Below, piece after piece: positions 19,414 to 28,770 of a DNA stretch of 64,000 nt; within the stretch, counting starts at the first letter, position 1; every line of letters begins with the position of its first letter. The stretch comes from a virus. Taxonomy: Duplodnaviria > Caudoviricetes. The notes beneath the pieces are model-generated. The model was not told the origin of the DNA. It was given only the letters and a program-made list of their open reading frames with translations, and ran no database searches. The translations under genes and the position numbers were made by a program. The stretch spans positions 16,898 through 80,897 of IMG/VR virus record IMGVR_UViG_3300033062_001341; one strand, 5' to 3'.

Positions 19414-22400
19414 TAGTTAAGTTTTAATTTTGCTACGTATACTTGGGCTTCTTTATCTTGATTATTCCAACTTATTTTGTTTGTGTTTGCTAAAACTCTA
19501 CCCAAACCATTAATCAAATCTTTCTGACCAGCAATTGGAGATATTGATTTCTCGTAAGTAAACTCTCTTGTTTTTGATGGGAATGGAGTGTACTTAATAA
19601 AATCTTTTAATATACCTTTTTCCATATTATCAATAAACGCATTAGTTATTGCATTTTCTTCAGTGAACTTAGGTTTTGCAATTTGTAACCAATAACCATC
19701 AAACTGTGCTTCAACATCCATACTTCCACTACCAATTATATCTGTGTTCTTAATTATATTACCAATTATCGCATTCTTAAAGGTTTGATATCTTTTATCA
19801 TCAGTTATTTCAGGTGATAAAATCATATACATTCTTTTAAATGATTTGAATCTAAAATCTTCATCCAAACTAAATGGTATGAATACATTTGGTTTCAAGT
19901 ACTTATCATAAGTTGTTTGTTCTCCATCATCACCATATAATAGTTTTCCTTTATATGTTTTAGGTCCATAAGTGACACTATTTTCTTTAATCACCGCAAT
20001 ATAATACGCTGTGATTCCTTCACCAATTTTTTTTATGTCTTTTTCTAATTCTATAAACGTATTGGCAGCCTCTTCGGTTTTATAAACTTTTGTGGTTCCT
20101 TGAATATCGTAAATTTTAATATTACCATTCTTTTCTTGTAATCCGTCAGTTCCTTTATCTGTTGAAATTCCAAAAGGTAAAACATTAGCCCTTGTTAAAT
20201 ATTGAATATATGTCTGTTGTTGATTAGTAATATCTTGAGTTAGTGTTGACACCGCATTTTGATAACTACCTTTTTTACCTACAACAAAATTTTTCATGTT
20301 CATTTTTAGTTGTCTAATAACTTTTGGACTGAATCCTTTACTAGTTGATGACATAAAATTGATGAATCTGTCTTGGGTTGTTTTATCGTCACTCTCGATA
20401 TCCGCAACATAATCTTTGAACACGTTATCAATTCTTGTTTGAATGTTCGCTGGTTTGCCAATAATCAAAACATCTTTAGCTGTATCTGCCAACAATTTTC
20501 CATTAACATAATTTCTCTCACAAGTCCAGTTTTGTAACATAGCATTATTATATTGCCTTACACATTCTTTACTCTTATTTACAAATGTTTGGAAATAAGT
20601 TTGTGTTTGTGCAACAAAACCATCCATATATTTTTTGTAGTTAATAGTACCAGTTTCTGCTTGGTCAGTAATTGAATTTGATGTTACTTCTCCAATCGTG
20701 CTTTCGTTTGTTTGTGGGTTGTTGTCTTGTGTTTGATTGACTGTTGGTGCTGGTGGTTGTGCCCCAATAGATTTTAAGAAATCTTTATCAATTACTTTGT
20801 AACTGTCATCGGTAACATCCGCTCTTTCATCATACATTTCTGTATTAGCATAATAATTGAATGTCAATGCGTTTTGTAATTTATCAACAGATTCTTTTAA
20901 CCCGCTACCTCCCACAAAATTAAAACCCATAGTTACATTGGCAATCATTGGTTGAATACCTATACCTTCTGGATTAATATCTAACTCCTCATAAGTGAGC
21001 GCCAATGATGTTGGAATAATTTTAGTGTTATAAAAATCACCAACTCTTAACACTAAAACAGGCGGTGCACCAAAGGCTGTATTGACTGCGTTATTATATT
21101 GAAGTTCGTTCGTTTGACCAACTGTTTTGATTGTAGGAATTGTATCGCCAGGTCTCATACATTGTTGAAGAAATGTTAATCTTGTGTTTAATCCTTCAGG
21201 TGTCATCGAATGAAACGCTGGTTGGAAAAACTTTAATTTCTCTTTTAGATTATCATAAACCATCGGGGTTTCTTCTTTGATAGTCTCGAAGTAATTACAT
21301 TCCGATAATAAAGACCTTAACACTCTTTTGGTAATATTATCTCTTTCAACCCATGATTCTTCAACTGTTTGAACTGTTGTTGTTACGGGTGTTACTGTAC
21401 CTACAAGAACATCTTGTGTAGTACCAGCTTGTGTTTGTTGTGTGAATGCTACTGGTTGTTGTGCCGATGTTTGTGTTAAAGTTGATTTAATACTCGAAAT
21501 AAAGGCTCTTCTACACGCCATAGCGTTTGTTGTGTATATCTCACGTGACGCCTTAGTGTCACCACCTTTAGCTTGTGGGTCGTTATCAGTACAACTCACA
21601 GGGGGAAGACTAGTGAAATTTTTTGACTGTGCATCGTATTGTAAAACACTCGATTCTTCACCTAAATTTTTACCAGCTAGAACCAACAATTTTTTGTTAA
21701 AATAATATTGTGCAGTATTGAAGTCGGTTGCAAAAAATTGTATCGCAGCATTAATTCTTCTTGTTGCTAATTGTTTATTATACGCACTTGTTGCTGGTGC
21801 AGAACAACTAGCATCAATAACAATTGTAATAGTTCCATCACTATCTTTATTATTTTCAATTTCTTTTTTTATTAATACACAAAGTTTTTTAATTTCATCG
21901 TAGTTAGGTGTAACCACCGAGTCAAAAAATGATTTGGTAACACCAGCAGTACTTTGTTTTGTATAATTACCACTCAATACGTTTGTACTATACGCAGCGT
22001 ATTCTGAAACATAGTTGGCGACATTTTCTTTTTCTTTAGGTATATCGTTATCAAAATAAAAAGCTTTATTAGTAAATCCTTCGAAAGGGTTTGTTGGATT
22101 ACTTGGTGCAACAGGTTGTGTGCCAGGTGTTGAATCGTTTCCTGTTTGAACTGTTTTTATTGCATACGTCAATTGTTCCTTTGTCAACTCTTTCGAAGAA
22201 ATTGCCTGTTGTAATTGATATAAATCATTCGGATTGATTGTATAATACTTCTTAGCTAATTCATATAAGTCATAAGTTCTACATCCCGCAAAGAATGAAT
22301 CAATGATACTGTCAATTCTTGTCTTATTTGATTCGTTCTTTAATACTTTATCAACGATAACATTTAATACAGATGGATGGTCAACAACTATTTTCCAAGT

Positions 22401-24443
22401 AAGACTACCAGTTCGATTTGTATTAGTGTATGTGTATATTGGTTCAGGTCTTCCAAGGAAATCATTACCTTTCCAGTTAGCGGACACGTTTTCACTAAAG
22501 GTTAAACCATAAGGTGGGAACCACATTACTCTACCTCCATTTGGACCTCTCTCACAAACCGCTAAGTCTGCGACAGAGAAACCTGGTGTATTCGAAGTTC
22601 TCCAAGCCAAATTCTCAATTGAGAACATATATTTCTTAGCATAGGCATCGTTAACAGTACCAATCAAGTTGGTCGAATCTTGGCCACCTTCTTGTTTGTT
22701 AGGATAGATATTTAAATTCCAAGTCTTATCCATAACCGAATAAGCAAATCTCCTACCATTCGTTGTCATACCATTTCTTTTCTGCAAATCATTATATTGC
22801 AAATAAGGAACATCCTTAGCAAAAATACGACAATATTCGGTTCCTACTTCCTGTCCAATCGCACCAACATAGGTTAACACTTTAGAACCCTTTGTAATCT
22901 CTTTGTAACCGTCATGGAAGACCTTACTCACTTGGTCGATGGCATTACCCACGTGTTGTAGTCTCCTTCCACCTTGAGGTTGGCTGTCAATAATTCTTTG
23001 GGTGTCATCAAGTATTGAACCTTCTCTATATGTTCTATTTGTTGATTCAGTACTGTTATACGATGATGGTTTAAAGTCTTGGTCTTGTGAAGTAATCTCC
23101 CCACCAATGCCAACTTTAAATCCAGCGTTTCCTTTATACTTCGGAGACACCCAAGTAAATCCTCCTTCGATGCCACCACCGTTACTGTATATTGGTCCGT
23201 TAGCACCAAGTCTTACATCTCTACTTGGTCCTTCATATAACTGAGCCAACTCTTGTGGACCATATACCGGTGACTGTTGTTCTTGACCAAACTGATTAAC
23301 AGGAATATCACCACCTGGTGAAAATACCCTTGATGGGTCAGATGTTATGGAACCTACGTAGAAGTTACTATTGTTTGTTGTAGAACCAACAAGAGCACCG
23401 GCAGCTCTATCAAATAGGGTTCTATCATAACTTGGCTTATATTTGTTGAAGTCAATGTTACCAAATAATCTCGACTTTTGACCTCCTCCTGTGTTGTTCA
23501 GGAATAACTGTGAACCTGAATTGCCACCCAACAATCTACTGAATGACCTACCCACAGATGTTCTACGGAATGCATTACTTAATTGTTGTATTGTTGTCGG
23601 TTGACCTGAATTAATACTAGCATCAAAGTATGAACCTGGAATTGTAGATGTTGGGATAGTGCTACCCGCAAGTCTTAAAGCAAAGTCTGTTGCGGCAATT
23701 AGTGGATTTGATGGTGCTGTAATGGTATAGTTAGGCTCAATCAAAGGAACTCTACCTGTAACTAAATTCAATACATCAGTACCACTTCTTACATTGAATG
23801 CATTGGCTCTTCCAACTGTTTGTTGAATAATTCCTGTTGCTATCCTTTCTTGGAAACCCTTTCTTAAGGTGAAAGCTCCCAAACGGGCAAGATAAGAATC
23901 TGCACTCAATAAACCATTACTACCTTGAGGGTCTGGTGATAATAATATCCCCACAGGTCCATAAGATGATGGGTTGAAGTTTGGGTATGGTTGGTTGTTA
24001 TAATATCTTAAACTGCCGTTGGGGTCAATTGTTTCGAAAGTTTGTATAAAATCACCACTATCATATAGTTGTTCGGCACCACTACCGAAGGCATTAACCT
24101 TTCTCCAATTCTTTGACTCGGGTTCCGCCTCATCAATAATTCTAGCGTCTGCAAAACCATATTCACCTTCGTTTGATTTGGTGTTTAAGTTTGCGTTGGG
24201 GTCTGGTACTTGTTGATATCCACCCTCATTACCATATCTGTTTAATGGGTATAACCTGTTTGCAAACGATGGTTCGTCAATAAGTTGGTCAGGACTGTTT
24301 AGTACTGATGTATCAGATTGTATGTATTCATAGTTAGTCTCAACCGTAGGTCTATTTGGCGCCTTAGCATAAGGAGTCAAATTTCTCGTGATGAGTTTCT
24401 TTCTAAACGTTTCCGAACTGACTAAATCTAAGGGACTACCCAT
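19413..24443 (-). CDS. Giant tail-tube-initiator-like baseplate protein with inserted OmpA-like domain
   Basis: TFSENVSANW...FLGRPEPIYTY and FGAPPVLVLRVGD...ANVTMGF resemble gp48/gp54/CIS tube folds; lies between tape measure and LysM genes. Confidence 0.55.
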   Translation of the reverse strand: MGSPLDLVSSETFRKKLITRNLTPYAKAPNRPTVETNYEYIQSDTSVLNSPDQLIDEPSFANRLYPLNRYGNEGGYQQVPDPNANLNTKSNEGEYGFADARIIDEAEPESKNWRKVNAFGSGAEQLYDSGDFIQTFETIDPNGSLRYYNNQPYPNFNPSSYGPVGILLSPDPQGSNGLLSADSYLARLGAFTLRKGFQERIATGIIQQTVGRANAFNVRSGTDVLNLVTGRVPLIEPNYTITAPSNPLIAATDFALRLAGSTIPTSTIPGSYFDASINSGQPTTIQQLSNAFRRTSVGRSFSRLLGGNSGSQLFLNNTGGGQKSRLFGNIDFNKYKPSYDRTLFDRAAGALVGSTTNNSNFYVGSITSDPSRVFSPGGDIPVNQFGQEQQSPVYGPQELAQLYEGPSRDVRLGANGPIYSNGGGIEGGFTWVSPKYKGNAGFKVGIGGEITSQDQDFKPSSYNSTESTNRTYREGSILDDTQRIIDSQPQGGRRLQHVGNAIDQVSKVFHDGYKEITKGSKVLTYVGAIGQEVGTEYCRIFAKDVPYLQYNDLQKRNGMTTNGRRFAYSVMDKTWNLNIYPNKQEGGQDSTNLIGTVNDAYAKKYMFSIENLAWRTSNTPGFSVADLAVCERGPNGGRVMWFPPYGLTFSENVSANWKGNDFLGRPEPIYTYTNTNRTGSLTWKIVVDHPSVLNVIVDKVLKNESNKTRIDSIIDSFFAGCRTYDLYELAKKYYTINPNDLYQLQQAISSKELTKEQLTYAIKTVQTGNDSTPGTQPVAPSNPTNPFEGFTNKAFYFDNDIPKEKENVANYVSEYAAYSTNVLSGNYTKQSTAGVTKSFFDSVVTPNYDEIKKLCVLIKKEIENNKDSDGTITIVIDASCSAPATSAYNKQLATRRINAAIQFFATDFNTAQYYFNKKLLVLAGKNLGEESSVLQYDAQSKNFTSLPPVSCTDNDPQAKGGDTKASREIYTTNAMACRRAFISSIKSTLTQTSAQQPVAFTQQTQAGTTQDVLVGTVTPVTTTVQTVEESWVERDNITKRVLRSLLSECNYFETIKEETPMVYDNLKEKLKFFQPAFHSMTPEGLNTRLTFLQQCMRPGDTIPTIKTVGQTNELQYNNAVNTAFGAPPVLVLRVGDFYNTKIIPTSLALTYEELDINPEGIGIQPMIANVTMGFNFVGGSGLKESVDKLQNALTFNYYANTEMYDERADVTDDSYKVIDKDFLKSIGAQPPAPTVNQTQDNNPQTNESTIGEVTSNSITDQAETGTINYKKYMDGFVAQTQTYFQTFVNKSKECVRQYNNAMLQNWTCERNYVNGKLLADTAKDVLIIGKPANIQTRIDNVFKDYVADIESDDKTTQDRFINFMSSTSKGFSPKVIRQLKMNMKNFVVGKKGSYQNAVSTLTQDITNQQQTYIQYLTRANVLPFGISTDKGTDGLQEKNGNIKIYDIQGTTKVYKTEEAANTFIELEKDIKKIGEGITAYYIAVIKENSVTYGPKTYKGKLLYGDDGEQTTYDKYLKPNVFIPFSLDEDFRFKSFKRMYMILSPEITDDKRYQTFKNAIIGNIIKNTDIIGSGSMDVEAQFDGYWLQIAKPKFTEENAITNAFIDNMEKGILKDFIKYTPFPSKTREFTYEKSISPIAGQKDLINGLGRVLANTNKISWNNQDKEAQVYVAKLKLN

Positions 24444-24492
24444 TCAATACTTTTATTATAAATAGGTTAATTGATAATTTTCTGAAGTTGTA

Positions 24493-26328
24493 TTACTTCG
24501 TCTTTTCTTTTTGTTTGTTTTTTTCCTGAACATACATGTATATCTGCTCTTTGAATTTTTCACTATTCAAAAAGTCTGTAAGGTATTGAGTACTAACACC
24601 AGCTGGTGCGTCAACTTTGAATACGATTGTTCCACTATAATCAACGGTCTGATTTACCGTTGATGTTAATGTTTTGTCTTTGCTTGTACTACTTGTGAAG
24701 GCGTCTGTTCCCTCTAACAATGAAGATTTTCCGCTTGTTGGTTTTACTTTTGTACCGCTTTTAGTACCTGTAGCCGCAGCGTTTTTACCGAAATCTGTTT
24801 TATCAACATAGTCTTGTAATGCATTTTTTGCACTTTGTGCCAAATCACCAACTTCTGAAGACCTAAATCTTAAATCAGACTTTTTTAAATCATTATAGAT
24901 TGATGTACCAAGTTTTTCAACAACCTTTTTTACATCTTCACTTTGTTTTCCAAATTTACTACCAAAGTCTTTCATTACATCACCCATGGATTTTCCATCA
25001 CTCTTTGCCAATTCTTTAGCAACATCCCTAATTGAGTTACTTAGTGTTTCAAATTCTTTATTATAAATTTCTGTTCTTCCTGCTTTGTCTGATAAAATCC
25101 CTGATGGAATTGTTGCTGCCTTTCTAACTCCCTCAAGATTATCTTTAACCACTGTTGTCCCTACCGCACCTCTAACAACCGCCTCTTTAATTGCTGTAAC
25201 ATCATTTCTTATAATATCACTTGTTTTCATACCAGCTCTGGCAATCTCTTCCATAGACTTTGGCTGATTCTTTTGTTCAGTAATTAACTTATCGAATTCT
25301 TGTTGGGTTACATCACTAAGTTTTTTAGTTTCTTGGTCACTAATTTTAACAACATAGTTACCAGACGCGTCCATTTCAGATAAATTACTTAAGAATTGTT
25401 TGTCTGATTCATCTTTGAAAGTAATACTAGGGTTGATATTTGAAAGTCTCTTATCTAACTCCGCAGAGGCTAAAGCAGCTTTAGATAGTGTACCACCAGC
25501 CAAACCAGCCTCTTTCTCCATTTGTTTTAACGTCAATATACCTTGAGGATTAATTCTAAAGGATTTTGTTTTCTCGTCAAAATATGTGAATTGTTTACCA
25601 ACTTTTGCTAAACTTTCTTGTAACGCTCCTGGGTCATTAATAGATTGATTCATTAATGCAAATGGGTCAGAAAGATTTCCTGCAGTAACACCAAGTCTTT
25701 GAAATGCGGATGCCATTTCTATAGCATTTTCAGGGTCCATCATCCTGTCAGCAAAATCAAGAGCGGTATTCATGTCAATTTTTAATTGAGCAGCTCTTGC
25801 GGCCATTTTTGTTAATCCTTGAACCCCTCCGTCAAAATTAAATTTATTGAGTGCTGAAGCGTTTGAAACAACATCTTGCATTACCTCTTTAGCATTTAAC
25901 CCCAAATCTCTAACACTGTTTGTTGCTTCTTCTAATTGACCACCAACAACACCAAACTGAATTCCTGCACCTTCAAAGTTTTTAACAATTGTTCCTGTAC
26001 TTTGTTCTAAAACTTGGGATGTAGCATATAATTTAGCAACACTATCTGCCGAAGCTAAGGTATTTTTACCTGTAGCCACAGCAATTTCTTTCATTGTAGA
26101 CATTGTCTGTTCAAAGCTAGCACCAAGTCTTCTCATTCTCGGAGCAGCCTCATTAACAGCCGTCATCATCTCACTTACTCTGGCACGAGATTGTGTGAAG
26201 GCTTTGGTAAGTTCGTTACCCGCCTGAATCATTTGTCCAGTAGCTCCTATAAATTGGTCTGCGCCAAAGGATATGGCATCCGACATTGATTTACCGTACT
26301 CTTCTGCAGATTCTTTTTTCTCAGCCAT
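24493..26328 (-). CDS. Tape measure protein
   Basis: Ala/Gly/Lys-rich helical 611 aa, downstream of tube and chaperone genes. Confidence 0.7.
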   Translation of the reverse strand: MAEKKESAEEYGKSMSDAISFGADQFIGATGQMIQAGNELTKAFTQSRARVSEMMTAVNEAAPRMRRLGASFEQTMSTMKEIAVATGKNTLASADSVAKLYATSQVLEQSTGTIVKNFEGAGIQFGVVGGQLEEATNSVRDLGLNAKEVMQDVVSNASALNKFNFDGGVQGLTKMAARAAQLKIDMNTALDFADRMMDPENAIEMASAFQRLGVTAGNLSDPFALMNQSINDPGALQESLAKVGKQFTYFDEKTKSFRINPQGILTLKQMEKEAGLAGGTLSKAALASAELDKRLSNINPSITFKDESDKQFLSNLSEMDASGNYVVKISDQETKKLSDVTQQEFDKLITEQKNQPKSMEEIARAGMKTSDIIRNDVTAIKEAVVRGAVGTTVVKDNLEGVRKAATIPSGILSDKAGRTEIYNKEFETLSNSIRDVAKELAKSDGKSMGDVMKDFGSKFGKQSEDVKKVVEKLGTSIYNDLKKSDLRFRSSEVGDLAQSAKNALQDYVDKTDFGKNAAATGTKSGTKVKPTSGKSSLLEGTDAFTSSTSKDKTLTSTVNQTVDYSGTIVFKVDAPAGVSTQYLTDFLNSEKFKEQIYMYVQEKNKQKEKTK

Positions 26329-26367
26329 TCAAGTGTTTTTCTTATAAATAGAAGAAGGACTATTTTT

Positions 26368-26523
26368 TTAGTCCCCCTTGTGTTCTTCAATCCATTTATC
26401 CAACAAATATTTTCTTACAAAAATTGGCATTTTTTCAAAATCTTGCCATGCAATATTCATTAATGTACTCAAATAATAAAATTCATCCAATTGACCTTTT
26501 CTATAATCAGAAGAAAGGACGAA
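26368..26523 (-). CDS. gp51-like ORF; probable frameshift extension of the upstream chaperone
   Basis: Not in ORF track. Frame encodes FVLSSDYRKGQLDEFYYLSTLMNIAWQDFEKMPIFVRKYLLDKWIEEHKGD*; the first ATG is internal. Confidence 0.6.
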   Translation of the reverse strand, partial: FVLSSDYRKGQLDEFYYLSTLMNIAWQDFEKMPIFVRKYLLDKWIEEHKGD

Positions 26524-27250
26524 AAAATTCCACCCCAAAACCGACGTTGACTGTCAGTCTATCTCCTGATGGGGTTGTTACTACTCTATTCATGTTTAAT
26601 CTTGGTTCGTTGTCATCCATAAATTTTCTTATGAATTTGGAATCCATGATTGGCATTTGTTCAATAAACTTGGCAATCTCTCCTTTGTCTTGACTTCCAT
26701 TTATTTCGACAATTTGTTTATTTAATCTCCAAGTAACTCTTGGTACTGTTCTTCCTTGTGGATATGACTCAGCCATTTTGTTAATTTCCATTATTTCACC
26801 ATATGTCATTGGTCTTATTTTGATAGTCGCCTCTGATTTTGGTAATGTGAGGATGAATGTTCCATCTTCTAATGGTTCTTGACCATTAACAATTGTTAAC
26901 TCATCTAAAACAACAGTTGTTTCAAACATCTTTTTCGTGTTGGGGTCTGTCACATTTAATGTGACTTCAGGTCCAAATGAAGTGTTTCTCAAGAAAACAA
27001 GAATAGCCTCAACGTCACCTTCTAATAAATCCTCAACTCTAATGTCTGGTTCGTATAGTTTAGTTCTGATTAAATTAGTGGTAATGTCCTCACCACCTGA
27101 TAGAAGAATGTTTTCATCTGCAGCGGTAAGATAACCGACCTTAACAGATTTCTTCTTGTTTTTATAAAATACTCCTTGGGATGGTAAAGGTACCACGTCA
27201 TGAGGGAGTGTGAAATTAGATTGTGCGTAATTTGATGTTTGATTGTCCAT
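26507..27250 (-). CDS. Tail/baseplate assembly chaperone (T4 gp26-like)
   Basis: LPHDVVPLPSQGVFY, LTAADENIL, GDVEAILVFLRNTSFG, ends VEFFRPFF; between tube and tape measure. Confidence 0.75.
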   Translation of the reverse strand: MDNQTSNYAQSNFTLPHDVVPLPSQGVFYKNKKKSVKVGYLTAADENILLSGGEDITTNLIRTKLYEPDIRVEDLLEGDVEAILVFLRNTSFGPEVTLNVTDPNTKKMFETTVVLDELTIVNGQEPLEDGTFILTLPKSEATIKIRPMTYGEIMEINKMAESYPQGRTVPRVTWRLNKQIVEINGSQDKGEIAKFIEQMPIMDSKFIRKFMDDNEPRLNMNRVVTTPSGDRLTVNVGFGVEFFRPFF

Positions 27251-27251
27251 A

Positions 27252-27287
27252 TAAAAAAATAACCGTAAAGTTTATGTCTTTACGGTT
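27252..27287 (-). terminator. Hairpin/terminator between tube and chaperone genes
   Basis: 10-bp stem AACCGTAAAG/CTTTACGGTT (27261-27287) followed by ATTTTTTT on the - strand. Confidence 0.65.
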
Positions 27288-27321
27288 AAATATAGTTTCT
27301 ATTGATTTTTTATAAATAGTA

Positions 27322-27810
27322 TTAGTAAACCAACACGCAACGGTCAGGACGAAGACTTGCTGTGATGTCTGCCAAAGCGTCTGTTGAATACCCTAAAGAA
27401 CCAAAGTCTACACTTGTTAAGAAGGTTCCATAAAGAATCCATTTTTCGACAACAACTCCTGTTGGGTCTAACATCTCCAAGTCAATGTCTTTCTTATAAC
27501 CCGCTGCGTATCCCATACGACCTGTTACAGACTCCGCGTGTAAACGAACCCATTCCATAAGAGCTTGAGCTGCTGACGGTCCAATTGGGTCTCTAAACTT
27601 GACTGTTATTTCGTCCCAATTAAATCTACCTGCAACGTATGTTGATGTATTTAAAAATTGTATTTCTGTTGAAGCAATTTTGATAGATGGTCTTTTCGTA
27701 CTTTCTACGAACCACTCATTAATTCCTAAGCTTGAAGGAAACCTCAAGATGAATCGGTTCTGACGTTTCGGTTCGTAAGGAATCGGCATTTTCATTAGTA
27801 AATCAGCCAT
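27322..27810 (-). CDS. Tail tube protein (T4 gp19-like)
   Basis: EPKRQNRF, GRFNWDEITVKFRD, AQALMEW, GYKKDI, VVEKWILYGTF. Confidence 0.88.
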   Translation of the reverse strand: MADLLMKMPIPYEPKRQNRFILRFPSSLGINEWFVESTKRPSIKIASTEIQFLNTSTYVAGRFNWDEITVKFRDPIGPSAAQALMEWVRLHAESVTGRMGYAAGYKKDIDLEMLDPTGVVVEKWILYGTFLTSVDFGSLGYSTDALADITASLRPDRCVLVY

Positions 27811-27901
27811 GTTATTATAATTTTTTTTTTATTTTATATCTTATAAATATAGTCTTATCAAAAATATTTCTATTTACTTTGTAGTTGGAAATTAATATTC
27901 A

Positions 27902-28729
27902 TTATTTATATTCCTTCTTAATTCCTCCAGCAGTAGAATAAGTTTTTACTATATTATCTGGTTTATCTTTAAAATGCTTACTTATCTTTTCTACATTCTT
28001 TAAATCATCATCTGAAAAACCTATTTTAGGTTGCTCTGGTATAAATCTATTACCTATATCTTTTTTAAGGAATGCTTTTTTATTAAGTAAAGCCGCTAAT
28101 CCTTTCACATAGTCTACAAACTCATCCATCGCCATAACTTTTAATTCTTCAGGACTTGCAGCACTTCCATCATTACCAAACGATACGGGATGATATCTAT
28201 TAAGTTCTAAATAAGACCTAATCAAATCATCATCAGACATATCTTCGTCATCTGAGAAGGTTCTATATTTTTTAAGGTTCTTAACTAATTGGTCTTTATC
28301 GATACCACCAAATCCATTGATGATATAATTGTAAACCGCTTCTTTTAATGTGTTGGGGTTGTGACCTCTCGCTGTGATTATTGAAAACACCGAACCATTA
28401 TTAATGGCTTCTCTAAAGTCATCAAACGCGGGACCTTTCTTAGCTGTCATTGCATCAATTAGAAAGTCTTTATCACCATCTGTTCTAAAATTTCTGAAAG
28501 CATCATTAGCAAAACCAACAACCATCTCACCCTTATAATCAAATGGTTTTTTTCCAATATCCTGTCTATACTCTGCAAAGTCATCAGTACTCATACCTAC
28601 CTCATCACCGTCTTCAGTCTTCAAAATTATTTTAGTCGGCATATGAACAATATTATCATCCCAATCGAATGCATAATATTTCATATCTGGTGTATGCTCT
28701 GATTTAAATCCTTCTACTATTCTTCTCAT
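27902..28729 (-). CDS. HAD-superfamily hydrolase/phosphatase-like protein
   Basis: Motif I FDWDDN, motif II IITARGH, motif IV GFSDDD. Confidence 0.7.
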   Translation of the reverse strand: MRRIVEGFKSEHTPDMKYYAFDWDDNIVHMPTKIILKTEDGDEVGMSTDDFAEYRQDIGKKPFDYKGEMVVGFANDAFRNFRTDGDKDFLIDAMTAKKGPAFDDFREAINNGSVFSIITARGHNPNTLKEAVYNYIINGFGGIDKDQLVKNLKKYRTFSDDEDMSDDDLIRSYLELNRYHPVSFGNDGSAASPEELKVMAMDEFVDYVKGLAALLNKKAFLKKDIGNRFIPEQPKIGFSDDDLKNVEKISKHFKDKPDNIVKTYSTAGGIKKEYK

Positions 28730-28736
28730 ATTGGCT

Positions 28737-28760
28737 AAAAGGGGGAGATTAACTCCCCCC
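28737..28760 (-). terminator. Intrinsic terminator after sheath gene
   Basis: GGGGGAG/CTCCCCC stem followed by TTTT on the - strand. Confidence 0.7.
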
Positions 28761-28770
28761 TATATTTTTA

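Noticed and set aside
26424-26693. + strand 89 aa ORF
   Set aside because: Antisense to the chaperone; the meaningful small ORF is on the - strand
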